From an uncultured Candidatus Saccharibacteria bacterium (GTDB lineage: Bacteria > Patescibacteriota > Saccharimonadia > Saccharimonadales > CAZJQT01), in assembly GCA_964636215.1 (NCBI GenBank), contig CAZWRJ010000002.1:20967-84966 (forward strand): DNA of 64,000 nucleotides. Direction: 5' to 3'. A model generated the notes under the pieces. It was not told the DNA's origin. It ran no database searches and was given only the letters and a program-made list of their open reading frames with translations. The translations under genes and the position numbers were made by a program. Below, piece after piece: positions 26,907-36,163 of this stretch. Numbering within the stretch: position 1 is the stretch's first letter; each line of letters starts with the position of its first letter.

Positions 26907-28237
26907 TAGCGACCTACCCCAACGTAAATTAAATCATGTACTGCAATATCCTCTGGTGTGAAAGAGTTCATGGCGTCGACGAATAAATCTCCAGACATCA
27001 GCTTAGCCAGTTTACCTAAGTCGTAGTTAATAAACTCTGGCCAATCAGTAGTTATACAAACAGCATCCGCTTGTTTAATGGCTGTCTCCATTGAGTCACA
27101 GACAATTACATCACGTCTTAAATCTTCTTTCGCCTCACCATTTGCCTGCGGATCGTAAACCGAAACTCTTGCCCCACTATGCGCCAAAATGTTTGCCAAT
27201 TTTACACCTGGCGATTTGCGGGCATCACTGGTGCCAGGCTTGAAAGCCAGTCCCAAAACCGCTAGCTTCTTTCCCCGTAAGCCACCCAGCTTTGATTGAA
27301 CTTTATTAGCTATATAACCGGGCATAGTTTCATTAAGTTCCGAGACGGCTGTCATAATTGTCAAATCTACCCCGTATTCACTAGCACTACTTATTAGACC
27401 GGTAACATCTTTGGGGAAACAGCCTCCGCCATAACCACGACCAGCGTTCAAGAATGCACGGCCAATCCGATGATCAGCTCCAACAGCGTCCATAACTTCT
27501 TTTACATCGGCCCCGGTATTATCAGCTAGTTTGGCAATGGAATTTGCAAAAGATATCTTTAGTGCCAAAAAGGCGTTGGCAGTAACTTTAATTAATTCCG
27601 CACTACTTAAATTGGTTGAAGTGTAGTTAGTCACTACGTCTAAACCGACCAAATTTGTCCTAGAAACAATTTCTTCTCGATGTTTTTCAATAGTTTTATA
27701 AAGGGCCATTACTCTGTCTGAAGATTGCGTATCCTGACCACCTACTACCACGCGGTCCGGCCATAGGGAATCAATGATGGCGGTACCTTCCCTTAAAAAC
27801 TCTGGGTTTGAAACATAGTTAAATTTTTTGTTTTGTTTTTCAATTTTCGCACCAGTGCCAACCGGGACTGTGCTTTTTTGTACGAATACAGTACCCGACT
27901 TCATATATTTTGCTGCCTCTTTGGCTGCCGAAAATACATAACTAAGATTAGAACTCCCATCTGGGTTGTCGGGAGTACCTACGCAGGAGAAAACAAATTG
28001 GCTACCCGGAATACTTTCGCCATATGAACTGGTAGGAATAAGGCACTTAGTTTTCAGAGAATGTTTGATGAGAGGGTCAATACCTTCCTCATAAAAAAAT
28101 GATTTGCCAGATTTTATAGCAGCTAGTCTTTTTTTATCGACATCTAACGCAAAGACCCTGAACCCAGATTCGGCTAGTAAAACAGCCGTAGTTAACCCAA
28201 CGTAACCAGTGCCAATAATGGTTATAGTAGTTTTAAT
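26903..28237 (-). CDS. ugd: UDP-glucose 6-dehydrogenase, apparently starting at ATT
   Basis: The track ORF (26903-27904) lacks the Rossmann domain. The same frame stays open up to 28258 and encodes (I)[45 protein letters not shown] upstream of MKSG. The 27905-28258 stretch has no in-frame ATG, GTG or TTG. ATT 28237-28235 is preceded by GGGGGAAG and overlaps the rfbA stop codon. The C-terminal part has GGGCFPKD. Confidence 0.8.
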   Translation of the reverse strand: MKTTITIIGTGYVGLTTAVLLAESGFRVFALDVDKKRLAAIKSGKSFFYEEGIDPLIKHSLKTKCLIPTSSYGESIPGSQFVFSCVGTPDNPDGSSNLSYVFSAAKEAAKYMKSGTVFVQKSTVPVGTGAKIEKQNKKFNYVSNPEFLREGTAIIDSLWPDRVVVGGQDTQSSDRVMALYKTIEKHREEIVSRTNLVGLDVVTNYTSTNLSSAELIKVTANAFLALKISFANSIAKLADNTGADVKEVMDAVGADHRIGRAFLNAGRGYGGGCFPKDVTGLISSASEYGVDLTIMTAVSELNETMPGYIANKVQSKLGGLRGKKLAVLGLAFKPGTSDARKSPGVKLANILAHSGARVSVYDPQANGEAKEDLRRDVIVCDSMETAIKQADAVCITTDWPEFINYDLGKLAKLMSGDLFVDAMNSFTPEDIAVHDLIYVGVGRY

Positions 28238-29105
28238 CGTTTTCTTCCCCCAGCAAACTTAATAAATATTGTCCGTAACCGGACTTTTCCAGTGGTTCTG
28301 CTAGTTTTTTAAGTTGCTTCTTGTCAATAAAGCCCATCCTAAACGCCGCTTCCTCAATACAGCCAATTTTAATAGCTTGACGCTCCTCAATAACCTGCAC
28401 AAACTGGGCTGCTTGATTCATGCTAGTGAATGTACCAGTATCCAGCCAAGCCGTCCCACGGTCCAAGAGGCAGACTCTAAGCTTGCCCTTTTTCAGATAT
28501 GCGTCAAGTATGGACGTAATTTCAACTTCGCCACGCTCACTAGGCTTTACGTTTTTAGCAATCTCAACTACCTCGTTGTCGCAGAAATAAAGCCCAGCAT
28601 TTGCATAATTCGATTTAGGTTGCTCAGGCTTTTCCAGTATAGATAACACATTCATGTTTCGGTCAAATTCATAAACCCCATAACGCTTTGGGTCAGACAC
28701 CTGTGCCGCGAAACCTACGGCACCGTCAACATCAATGTATTCACGTAGCTGTTGATCCATTTGCCTGCCATAAAAAATGTTGTCACCAAGAATCAGTGCT
28801 ACTTTGTCTTCGCCAATAAACTCTTCGCCAATGATGAAGGCTTGAGCCAAACCATCAGGCGAGGGTTGTGTGGCGTAACTTAACTTTATACCTAGTTCAG
28901 AGCCGTCGCCCAGTAAACGTTTAAATTGTTGTTGGTCGTCTGGAGTAGTAATTATCAGAATATCACTTATCCCGGCTGATATTAAGGTGCTAAGCGGATA
29001 ATAAATCATTGGTTTGTCATAGATAGGCACTAACTGCTTGGATATGCCTTTAGTGATCGGATACAATCGTGAACCACTACCACCAGCTAGCACTAGTCCT
29101 TTCAC
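28233..29105 (-). CDS. rfbA: Glucose-1-phosphate thymidylyltransferase
   Basis: 290 aa starting [41 protein letters not shown], a near-canonical RmlA N-terminus. Confidence 0.92.
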   Translation of the reverse strand: MKGLVLAGGSGSRLYPITKGISKQLVPIYDKPMIYYPLSTLISAGISDILIITTPDDQQQFKRLLGDGSELGIKLSYATQPSPDGLAQAFIIGEEFIGEDKVALILGDNIFYGRQMDQQLREYIDVDGAVGFAAQVSDPKRYGVYEFDRNMNVLSILEKPEQPKSNYANAGLYFCDNEVVEIAKNVKPSERGEVEITSILDAYLKKGKLRVCLLDRGTAWLDTGTFTSMNQAAQFVQVIEERQAIKIGCIEEAAFRMGFIDKKQLKKLAEPLEKSGYGQYLLSLLGEEND

Positions 29106-30223
29106 TTATCCTCCGTAAAAAAACTTTCCTTGCCTAGAATACCAATAAATAACTCTGAGAAATGAATAACTGAAAACTGTTCTGAGTGACCAGCGACTAG
29201 ATGCGAGTCAAAAATAGAACTCTTAAAATTCGGGAAAACCTTTACTAGACTAGCTACGTTTTGATCTTCAAAAAATACGCCGGTTTTATCTTTGACAACA
29301 TAGTCTAAACTACCTCCCCCTTTGTAAGCAATAACAGGTGTGCCGGTGGCCATGGCTTCAACAGGTGTTATGCCAAAATCCTCATGGGCTGCATATAAAA
29401 AAGCCTCTGCCCCTGCGAAATATTCCGGCATCTCCTCGTCAGATACGTTATCCAAGAAAGTTACAGTTGGGCCTGCAAGCCGAACCAGTTTCTTGTGTTC
29501 TGGACCACGGCCTATGACCTTAAGCGGCAAACCGAGCTTGGTGCAAGCCTCAACAATAACGTCAATTCGCTTGTAAGGAACCTGTCGACCAGCTGTCACA
29601 AACCCATGTCGAGCCCTTGGCTTTGTCTTACTGAATCTCTCCACGTCAACTGGTGGATGGATCACAACCGAATCACGCCCATAATATTTTTTGATGTCAG
29701 CTTGGGTGTGAGTAGAGTTAGCGATGAACTGATCAACATTTTGAGCGGCCTTATAGTCAGCTTTCCTAAGTGGCCCCACCAGAAGACGTAAGCCAAATCT
29801 AGCCAATGGATTAAAAAAACCAAAACCAGGGTTTTTTAAGTATTCATCATAATGCCGCCAATAAAAATGTACAGGTGAGTGGCAATAACATATGTGTTTA
29901 ACTCCTTTTGGGACTCGTACACTCTTGGCCTCGCCGTTACCGGCACTGCTAATTACCAGATCAAATTCTGACAAGTCCAAATGCTTAAACCACATTAAAC
30001 GAAGAGGGGGTATAAACTTACGCAAAACCGAAAACGGCCAATGTTGTAAGTAGCCAGTGACTACTTTGTTATTTAGTTTCTTGCGCCACTCATCCGTGCA
30101 GTAAGAAGTATAAATAGGGGCCTCTGGAAATATGTGGTGGAGTTCCAAAACAACTGCCTCAGCACCACCCCCGACCAGCCAATCATGAACAATGGCTACC
30201 TTGAGCTTGGACAAATCTCTCAC
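29102..30223 (-). CDS. Glycosyltransferase, GT4 family
   Basis: 373 aa with a GTG start in a GTGA overlap and an EX7E region ([27 protein letters not shown]). Confidence 0.82.
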   Translation of the reverse strand: MRDLSKLKVAIVHDWLVGGGAEAVVLELHHIFPEAPIYTSYCTDEWRKKLNNKVVTGYLQHWPFSVLRKFIPPLRLMWFKHLDLSEFDLVISSAGNGEAKSVRVPKGVKHICYCHSPVHFYWRHYDEYLKNPGFGFFNPLARFGLRLLVGPLRKADYKAAQNVDQFIANSTHTQADIKKYYGRDSVVIHPPVDVERFSKTKPRARHGFVTAGRQVPYKRIDVIVEACTKLGLPLKVIGRGPEHKKLVRLAGPTVTFLDNVSDEEMPEYFAGAEAFLYAAHEDFGITPVEAMATGTPVIAYKGGGSLDYVVKDKTGVFFEDQNVASLVKVFPNFKSSIFDSHLVAGHSEQFSVIHFSELFIGILGKESFFTEDK

Positions 30224-31671
30224 CGAGCACCTTCACCGGTTATGACCACCCTAATGGTTTTTATCAATATCACGATATCAAGCCAAAAACTCCAGTTCTG
30301 CACGTAGAACATATCCAGTTTGCGTCGTTCATCAAAACTAATACTACCCCGCCCAGAAACCTGGGCCAAGCCGGTTAGCCCTGACTTGACGCTTAAGATA
30401 GCGTGACGTTTCTCATAGACGTCAAGTTCTTGTGGTACCAAAGCCCTAGGGCCAACTAGGCTAAGGTCGCCACGTATAACGTTGATCAACTGTGGCAGCT
30501 CATCCAGACTAGTTTTACGTAGAAAATTACCTAGCCGACCATAGCGTGGGTCATGCGACAGTTGGTCGCCATGATCGCGGTACTCGCTAATCAGCTCTGG
30601 CCGTCTCATTTTCTCAAAGGCTTTCTCTGGGCTTAGTCCGTTATAGGTGGGCCTAACGGTTCGGAACTTGTAGACTCGAAAGGTTTGATTAAACCGCGTC
30701 AAGCGCTTTTGGCGGAAGAAGATATCCCCTCCGCTAAATAATTGAAGAATGACTATTAAGCCAAATAGGGGTAATAGAACTATGAACAAAAACAGCCCTG
30801 TGACCAGGTCAAATAAGCGTTTGACAATCCGGCCCCAGCCCACCAAGGCGGTCTGGTGAACGGCGATAACTGGCAGGGACTGGCGAAATAGTTCAACCGT
30901 AATATTGCCTACAAATAGCTCGGTGTTACTCGGAATAAAACGAAAAGCAATATGGTGTTGTTGGGCAAATTCTAAGATCTCATTGTTCCGGATGGAATCG
31001 GCATAAAGCTCGGTCTGGACAATGCTATGAATATCTTCACTACCCAATTTAGCAACTGCTGACTGGAAGTTATTAAAAACTTTTAGCCTGGGGAAGTGTT
31101 TATAAGCCTCAGATTTGCTACTGACTAACCCGACAATTTTATAACCTGACAGCCGGCTATTGATTAATGAAGTTACTAGCTCCTCGGTCAGCTTAGTATT
31201 ACCAACGATCAATAAATGGGTTAGCCCAATATCGAAACGAAATAGAATACTGCGTATCAATCTAGCCAAATTACGAAAAAGCAGTAAGAACAGGAAAGCC
31301 AGACCAAAACCATAAAAGGGAATTAATTTCCCCGGGAATATAGCCTTGTTAGATACAAAGGCCCAGGCCAACACGAACAGTAGGCCAATAAAGGATCCAA
31401 CCAACAGCCTACCGGCTTCAGCAAAACGCTTCTCATAGATGGAATTGTCGTAAAGACCGAGCATGGCAAAAATGACAATCCAAAACGGTACTAACAATAC
31501 AAATATCTTTAGATAGGTAATAGCGTGAACCTGAGCGGTGATTGCTGATGTTTCTAGGCCTAAACCGAAAGTAACCCGCAAGATATAGGCGCCGACGAAA
31601 GCTAAAACTAAGGCCAAAAAATCGCCGATAACTAGGAAAAGGTTATAAAGCAGTGAGGCATTTGATTTCAT
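30220..31671 (-). CDS. Polyprenyl glycosylphosphotransferase (WbaP/CpsE-type initiating sugar transferase)
   Basis: 483 aa with 4-5 N-terminal TM helices, a central domain and a C-terminal bacterial sugar-transferase domain ([57 protein letters not shown]). Confidence 0.88.
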   Translation of the reverse strand: MKSNASLLYNLFLVIGDFLALVLAFVGAYILRVTFGLGLETSAITAQVHAITYLKIFVLLVPFWIVIFAMLGLYDNSIYEKRFAEAGRLLVGSFIGLLFVLAWAFVSNKAIFPGKLIPFYGFGLAFLFLLLFRNLARLIRSILFRFDIGLTHLLIVGNTKLTEELVTSLINSRLSGYKIVGLVSSKSEAYKHFPRLKVFNNFQSAVAKLGSEDIHSIVQTELYADSIRNNEILEFAQQHHIAFRFIPSNTELFVGNITVELFRQSLPVIAVHQTALVGWGRIVKRLFDLVTGLFLFIVLLPLFGLIVILQLFSGGDIFFRQKRLTRFNQTFRVYKFRTVRPTYNGLSPEKAFEKMRRPELISEYRDHGDQLSHDPRYGRLGNFLRKTSLDELPQLINVIRGDLSLVGPRALVPQELDVYEKRHAILSVKSGLTGLAQVSGRGSISFDERRKLDMFYVQNWSFWLDIVILIKTIRVVITGEGAR

Positions 31672-31711
31672 ATAGACGTGTAGCGAAGCGCTATACTAGA
31701 TTGTAACACTT

Positions 31712-33031
31712 ATGAGCAGTACTAAGCGTCTCGATCGACTGGCCCATTACGGTGCAATTGTCTCAATGGTTGTAATCTACCTATTGCCGTTCCAGGCCTT
31801 ATTAGTTACTTGGCTGGGTAGTAACACGGGTCATTTGGACGTTTGGAGGATATGGAAAGAGATAATTCTCTTTGTTTTATTCATAACTACCCTATTCATC
31901 GCTCTTCAAACACCGAAGTTTAATCAATGGTTTAAGTCGTCAAACTTGCCAAAATTAATCGTGGCTTATCTTAGCCTTTGTCTTATCCTGGGTGTTTGGG
32001 CACTTTGGACCAGCAGGGTAAATCCGCCAGCTTTGATATACGGGTTATTTGTTGACTTGCGTTTCTTGGGCTTTTTCATGATCACATTAGTTATTGGTAT
32101 AAGGTCCAAGTTAATGGACAAAAGTTGGTGGCGACTACTTATAATACCCGGAATACTTGTTATTACTTTCGGGCTTTTTCAGCTGGCTCTGCCAAGGGAT
32201 TTTCTTAGACATTTTGGCTACGGTCCAACTACCATACCCGCTTTCCAAACCGTTGACCAAAAATTAGGTTACCGCCGGATTCAATCTACTATGCGAGGCG
32301 CTAACCCATTAGGTGCCTATTTGGTATTAATAATTACCGGACTGTTGGCCCTAAAAACCAGACGAAAACTGACGAGGTATTTAATTCTAGTAGCAGGTCT
32401 GGTGGTGTTATTTTTCAGCTATTCCAGGGCAGCTTACCTAGGACTATTAATCTCGGCTGGCTTTTATTTAGGATATAAGCACCGGGTTTTTCTAAAAGCC
32501 TACCTAAAACAAATCGTCATAAGCGGAATTATTCTAGTTGGTGTGATTGGTTTTGCTACCGCTGCTCTAAGCAGCTCTAGTGCCTTCGACAATGTATTTT
32601 TCCATACTGACACCAGCTCACGATCAGCCAATAGCTCCAATTCCACTAGGTTTCAAGCCTTACGCCTTGCTGGTGAAGACGTGCTAAAGCACCCGCTTGG
32701 CCAAGGTCCAGGAACTGCTGGACCAGCTAGTACCAGGAACGATCATCCGCCGCGAATTGCCGAAAATTACTTCCTGCAAGTTGGTCAGGAACTGGGATGG
32801 CTAGGCCTTGGTCTATTCATAGCCATTTACGCAATGGTTGCAAAGTTGCTTTGGCAAAACCGTAAAGACGAACGTGCTTTAGTGCTGCTGGCAAGTTTGA
32901 TCGGGCTTACAGTAATTAATTTGGTATCACATGCCTGGGCTGATGATACCTTGGGGTTACTCTGGTGGGGACTAGCTGGCGTAGTGTTATCTGGTGCTAT
33001 ACTGCCAACAAAGCGTAAACGTCATGGCTGA
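31712..33031 (+). CDS. O-antigen ligase / Wzy_C family polytopic membrane protein
   Basis: 439 aa with about 11 TM helices. It has the Wzy_C-type segment FFSYSRAAYLGLLIS and a large extracytoplasmic loop. Confidence 0.7.
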   Translation: MSSTKRLDRLAHYGAIVSMVVIYLLPFQALLVTWLGSNTGHLDVWRIWKEIILFVLFITTLFIALQTPKFNQWFKSSNLPKLIVAYLSLCLILGVWALWTSRVNPPALIYGLFVDLRFLGFFMITLVIGIRSKLMDKSWWRLLIIPGILVITFGLFQLALPRDFLRHFGYGPTTIPAFQTVDQKLGYRRIQSTMRGANPLGAYLVLIITGLLALKTRRKLTRYLILVAGLVVLFFSYSRAAYLGLLISAGFYLGYKHRVFLKAYLKQIVISGIILVGVIGFATAALSSSSAFDNVFFHTDTSSRSANSSNSTRFQALRLAGEDVLKHPLGQGPGTAGPASTRNDHPPRIAENYFLQVGQELGWLGLGLFIAIYAMVAKLLWQNRKDERALVLLASLIGLTVINLVSHAWADDTLGLLWWGLAGVVLSGAILPTKRKRHG

Positions 33032-33473
33032 ACAAATACGACCTACCAAAAAACAACGAGAACTACTTACATATATAGAAACCTTTATAACTGAACACGG
33101 CTACAGTCCTAGCTACCGTGAAATCATGCAAGGCCTATCATACAATTCGGTAGCCACCGTGGCGCTGCACGTAAATAGCTTAATTAAGCGTGGTCATATA
33201 AGGAAACGTGATCATTCGGCACGGTCTTTGGAAGTAGTTACTGACGATCAGACTGAACCGCTTAGAACTAATGCCGTGTCGGAAAGTGAGGAAAAATGGT
33301 TGGTTAAAAAAGTAGAATACTTTTTTAAAGAGGCCGAGGGTCAACCGTCTATTGCTACCGATAAACTTGATCGGCTTTATGTTCTGATTGGTGCTCTCAA
33401 AGTTCTGGGCCTGGACGGGGCGGCTCAAAGCTTCATACCTCGTCTGAGTGAGCTCAAAAAACATGTACAATAA
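33024..33473 (+). CDS. LexA-type winged-helix DNA-binding domain protein lacking the S24 peptidase domain
   Basis: MAEQIRPTKKQRELLTYIETFITEHGYSPSYREIMQGLSYNSVATVALHVNSLIKRGHIRK aligns with the LexA N-terminal domain. The remaining ~75 aa have no Ala-Gly site and no Ser/Lys dyad. The ATG at 33024 overlaps the ligase stop (ATGGCTGA). Confidence 0.65.
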   Translation: MAEQIRPTKKQRELLTYIETFITEHGYSPSYREIMQGLSYNSVATVALHVNSLIKRGHIRKRDHSARSLEVVTDDQTEPLRTNAVSESEEKWLVKKVEYFFKEAEGQPSIATDKLDRLYVLIGALKVLGLDGAAQSFIPRLSELKKHVQ

Positions 33474-34374
33474 AACGGTGAAACCGGTCATTCAGCTAAA
33501 CAATGTTACTAAGATGTATGGTAATAGTCGCGGTGTTCTCGACCTTAGTCTAAATATCATGCCGGGGACCGTATTTGGTTTCTTGGGACCTAATGGAGCA
33601 GGCAAAACAACCACTATAAGTATGCTAGTCGATCTAATTCGGCCAACTAAAGGTACCGTGAAGATTTTTGGGATGGACAGCGTTAAAGCTAGCGTTGAAA
33701 TCCGTCAACGACTGGGGTTTTTAGCTGGCGATTTTGCACTGGATAAAGATCTAACTGGCTGGCAACAATTGGAGTATTTTGCTAACTTACGTGGCCAATT
33801 TTCTAAAAAACTAGTCAAAGATTTAGCTGAGCGCTTGGACTGTGATTTAACTAGAAAGTTTGCTACCTTATCGCGTGGTAACCAACAGAAACTGGGATTG
33901 ATATCAGCACTTATGCACGAACCAGAACTGTTAATTTTTGATGAGCCAACCAGTGGGTTAGACCCCCTAATACAAGCCGAGTTTAATAAAATAATTCTTG
34001 ACTACCGCAAGCATGGTCGAACGGTTTTTATTTCTTCTCATAGTCTAGGTGAGGTCCAATTGTTGTGTGACCAGATTGGTTTTATTAGAGAAGGCAGACT
34101 AATTGACGTTAAGACACTTGAGGAATTACTAGATGTTTCCACCAAATATGTCCGGGTAAATAGCAACGATAAAAAATTACTGAGCGTCCTAGAAAACTTG
34201 CCAAACGTTAAAGTTGAGTTCAAGCACACTTCGGTTATATCACTGGTACTAAGTGGTGATGTTAACCCTTTGCTAGCTATTTTAGGACGGCACAAGGTTA
34301 AAGACTTGACCATATCTGAACCAGATCTAGAAACCGTATTCTTGCAGTATTACCAACAGGATCGACATGTTTAA
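33463..34374 (+). CDS. ABC transporter ATP-binding protein (ABC-2/BcrA-like subfamily)
   Basis: Walker A GPNGAGKTT, signature LSRGNQQKL and Walker B LLIFDEPTSGLD. I prefer ATG 33463 over GTG 33448. Confidence 0.85.
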   Translation: MYNKTVKPVIQLNNVTKMYGNSRGVLDLSLNIMPGTVFGFLGPNGAGKTTTISMLVDLIRPTKGTVKIFGMDSVKASVEIRQRLGFLAGDFALDKDLTGWQQLEYFANLRGQFSKKLVKDLAERLDCDLTRKFATLSRGNQQKLGLISALMHEPELLIFDEPTSGLDPLIQAEFNKIILDYRKHGRTVFISSHSLGEVQLLCDQIGFIREGRLIDVKTLEELLDVSTKYVRVNSNDKKLLSVLENLPNVKVEFKHTSVISLVLSGDVNPLLAILGRHKVKDLTISEPDLETVFLQYYQQDRHV

Positions 34375-35164
34375 ATCTATTTTCACTAAAACGATGTACG
34401 AAAAACGTTGGACAATCTTGTTTTGGAGCCTGGGTGTTATAGGTATTTCTTTGCTTATGATGGGGTTCTATCATTCCTTTTCTCAAGGCGGCTTTGACGA
34501 TGCTCTAAAAGACCTACCGAAAGCAATCCAAAATGTTGTAGGTGACATAGCCAGCCTTAAGACAGTACCGGGATACGTATCGCAACAGGTCTTTGCTTTG
34601 CGCATTCCTTTGCTGGCTCAAATCATGGGTATTATCTTATTTACTGGGCTGCTAGCGGGTGATGAGAATCAGGGGACTTTGCAGACCTTACTAGCCCAGC
34701 CGGTGTCGCGTTTGAAGGTATTTGTCCAAAAGCTAACTGCCGGTTTACTTATTAGCTTGCTGATTTGCTCGGCGTCTTTTATTGGAGTAATCATTGGCGT
34801 GGCTTTAATTCATGAGCATATAGGCATTATGCCGCTGATCGAATCAGTGATAGGTGTCTGGTTGCTCACTGGCGTTTTCGGCTCCCTAGGCTTTGCGCTA
34901 GGGGCTATTACAGGCAAGCGTGGGGTGGCCGGCAGTATAACTGGGCTAGTAGCTTTCGGAAGCTATTTATTAACTTCTTTTGCGCCGAACGTAAAAAGTG
35001 TAGAAACTGTCGAAAAGTTGTCGCCTTTTCACTACTACAATAAGCCATCAATCACAGAATATGGCTTAGACGCTCGGAACGTAATTATTATGATATCTAT
35101 TCTGGTGGCCCTACTACTTATCGCTGGTGTAATTTTCAATAAACGAGATATCAATCAACAATAA
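34367..35164 (+). CDS. ABC-2 family transporter permease
   Basis: 265 aa with six TM helices. It overlaps the ATPase gene by 8 nt. Confidence 0.75.
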   Translation: MFKSIFTKTMYEKRWTILFWSLGVIGISLLMMGFYHSFSQGGFDDALKDLPKAIQNVVGDIASLKTVPGYVSQQVFALRIPLLAQIMGIILFTGLLAGDENQGTLQTLLAQPVSRLKVFVQKLTAGLLISLLICSASFIGVIIGVALIHEHIGIMPLIESVIGVWLLTGVFGSLGFALGAITGKRGVAGSITGLVAFGSYLLTSFAPNVKSVETVEKLSPFHYYNKPSITEYGLDARNVIIMISILVALLLIAGVIFNKRDINQQ

Positions 35165-35166
35165 CT

Positions 35167-35964
35167 ATGACTCTTATTCAAGCTTTAATTTTAGGATTGG
35201 TACAGGGGATAACCGAATTTATACCAGTCTCTAGTTCTGGGCACTTGGTGCTAGTACACAACGCACTTGGCCTAAACGATACTGGGCTAGCTTTTGACGT
35301 AGCTTTGCATCTAGGTACTTTGTTAGCATTGATTCTATATTTTTATAAAGATATCTGGAGGTTAGTACTGGGACTTTTCGGAAAAAATGAATTAAAAAAA
35401 CTGGCTTGGCTGCTAGTTTTAGCTACCATACCGGCGGTTATAAGCGGAGGTTTGCTGGAAAGTGCCGCGGAATCGACCTTTCGTTCGGTAAAATTAGTAA
35501 GCATCAACCTGATTTTGGCGGCCCTAATCATGCTCTGGGCAGAGCGTGTTTACCAAAAACGCAGTCGTCATACCAATCTTGAAGATACTAAAACTTCGCA
35601 GGCCCTGGCCATGGGCCTGGCTCAGGCTGCAGCTGTCGTACCCGGCATATCGCGTTCTGGCAGTACTATAACAATAGGTTTATTTGCGGGTTTAGACAGA
35701 GTATCTGCCACTCGCTTTTCGTTCTTACTCGGTATACCGATCACCGCTGGTGCGATACTAAAAGTGTTTGCAAGTAGTAGTGCTGAAGCTCAATTTTCAC
35801 AACAATCCGGAGTATTTATCGTGGGAATGATCACCGCTTTTATAACTGGTTTATTTGCCATTAGGTTCATGCTGAGGTATTTAGCTAAACACAGCTTGGC
35901 GATCTTTGCCTACTATCGTATTGCCGTAGCCTTGCTGGCTATACTGTTAATACTTGTCTTCTAG
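35167..35964 (+). CDS. uppP: Undecaprenyl-diphosphate phosphatase (BacA/UppP)
   Basis: 265 aa with QGITEFIPVSSSGHL and PGISRSGSTI, the two UppP signature motifs. Confidence 0.9.
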   Translation: MTLIQALILGLVQGITEFIPVSSSGHLVLVHNALGLNDTGLAFDVALHLGTLLALILYFYKDIWRLVLGLFGKNELKKLAWLLVLATIPAVISGGLLESAAESTFRSVKLVSINLILAALIMLWAERVYQKRSRHTNLEDTKTSQALAMGLAQAAAVVPGISRSGSTITIGLFAGLDRVSATRFSFLLGIPITAGAILKVFASSSAEAQFSQQSGVFIVGMITAFITGLFAIRFMLRYLAKHSLAIFAYYRIAVALLAILLILVF

Positions 35965-36005
35965 TGTAAGTTACAAAATTACTACACAACATATAGTGTG
36001 CTTAT

Positions 36006-36163
36006 GCTACGATTAACTAGTAAGTTAAAAAAGTAACCGGAAACCAGGCGTAATTCCTGGGCTGTGCCGCAACTGTAAAGCCAGACACGGGTAAAGCCTC
36101 TCGAGCCAAGAGCAAAGTTTTCGGACTTTCTACCCCCTGACTCGATGAGCAGAGGGTATTTTT
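36006..36163 (+). promoter_or_regulatory. Structured 5' leader with cobalamin-riboswitch-like core and SD-sequestering helix (candidate riboswitch)
   Basis: Putative promoter: TTACAA 35971-76, 17 nt, TAGTGT 35994-99. Core: AAAAAGTAACCGGAAA, a CCAGG(cgtaatt)CCTGG hairpin at 36044-60, then GCTGTGCCGCAACTGTAA at 36061-78. This parallels the GGGAA..GGUGnnAAUCC..GCnG..CCGCnACUGUnA core of B12 elements. GAGCCAAGAG at 36103-12 resembles the B12 box. TACCCCCT at 36131-38 can pair with the SD AGAGGGTA at 36151-58 in 7 of 8 positions. Confidence 0.4.
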
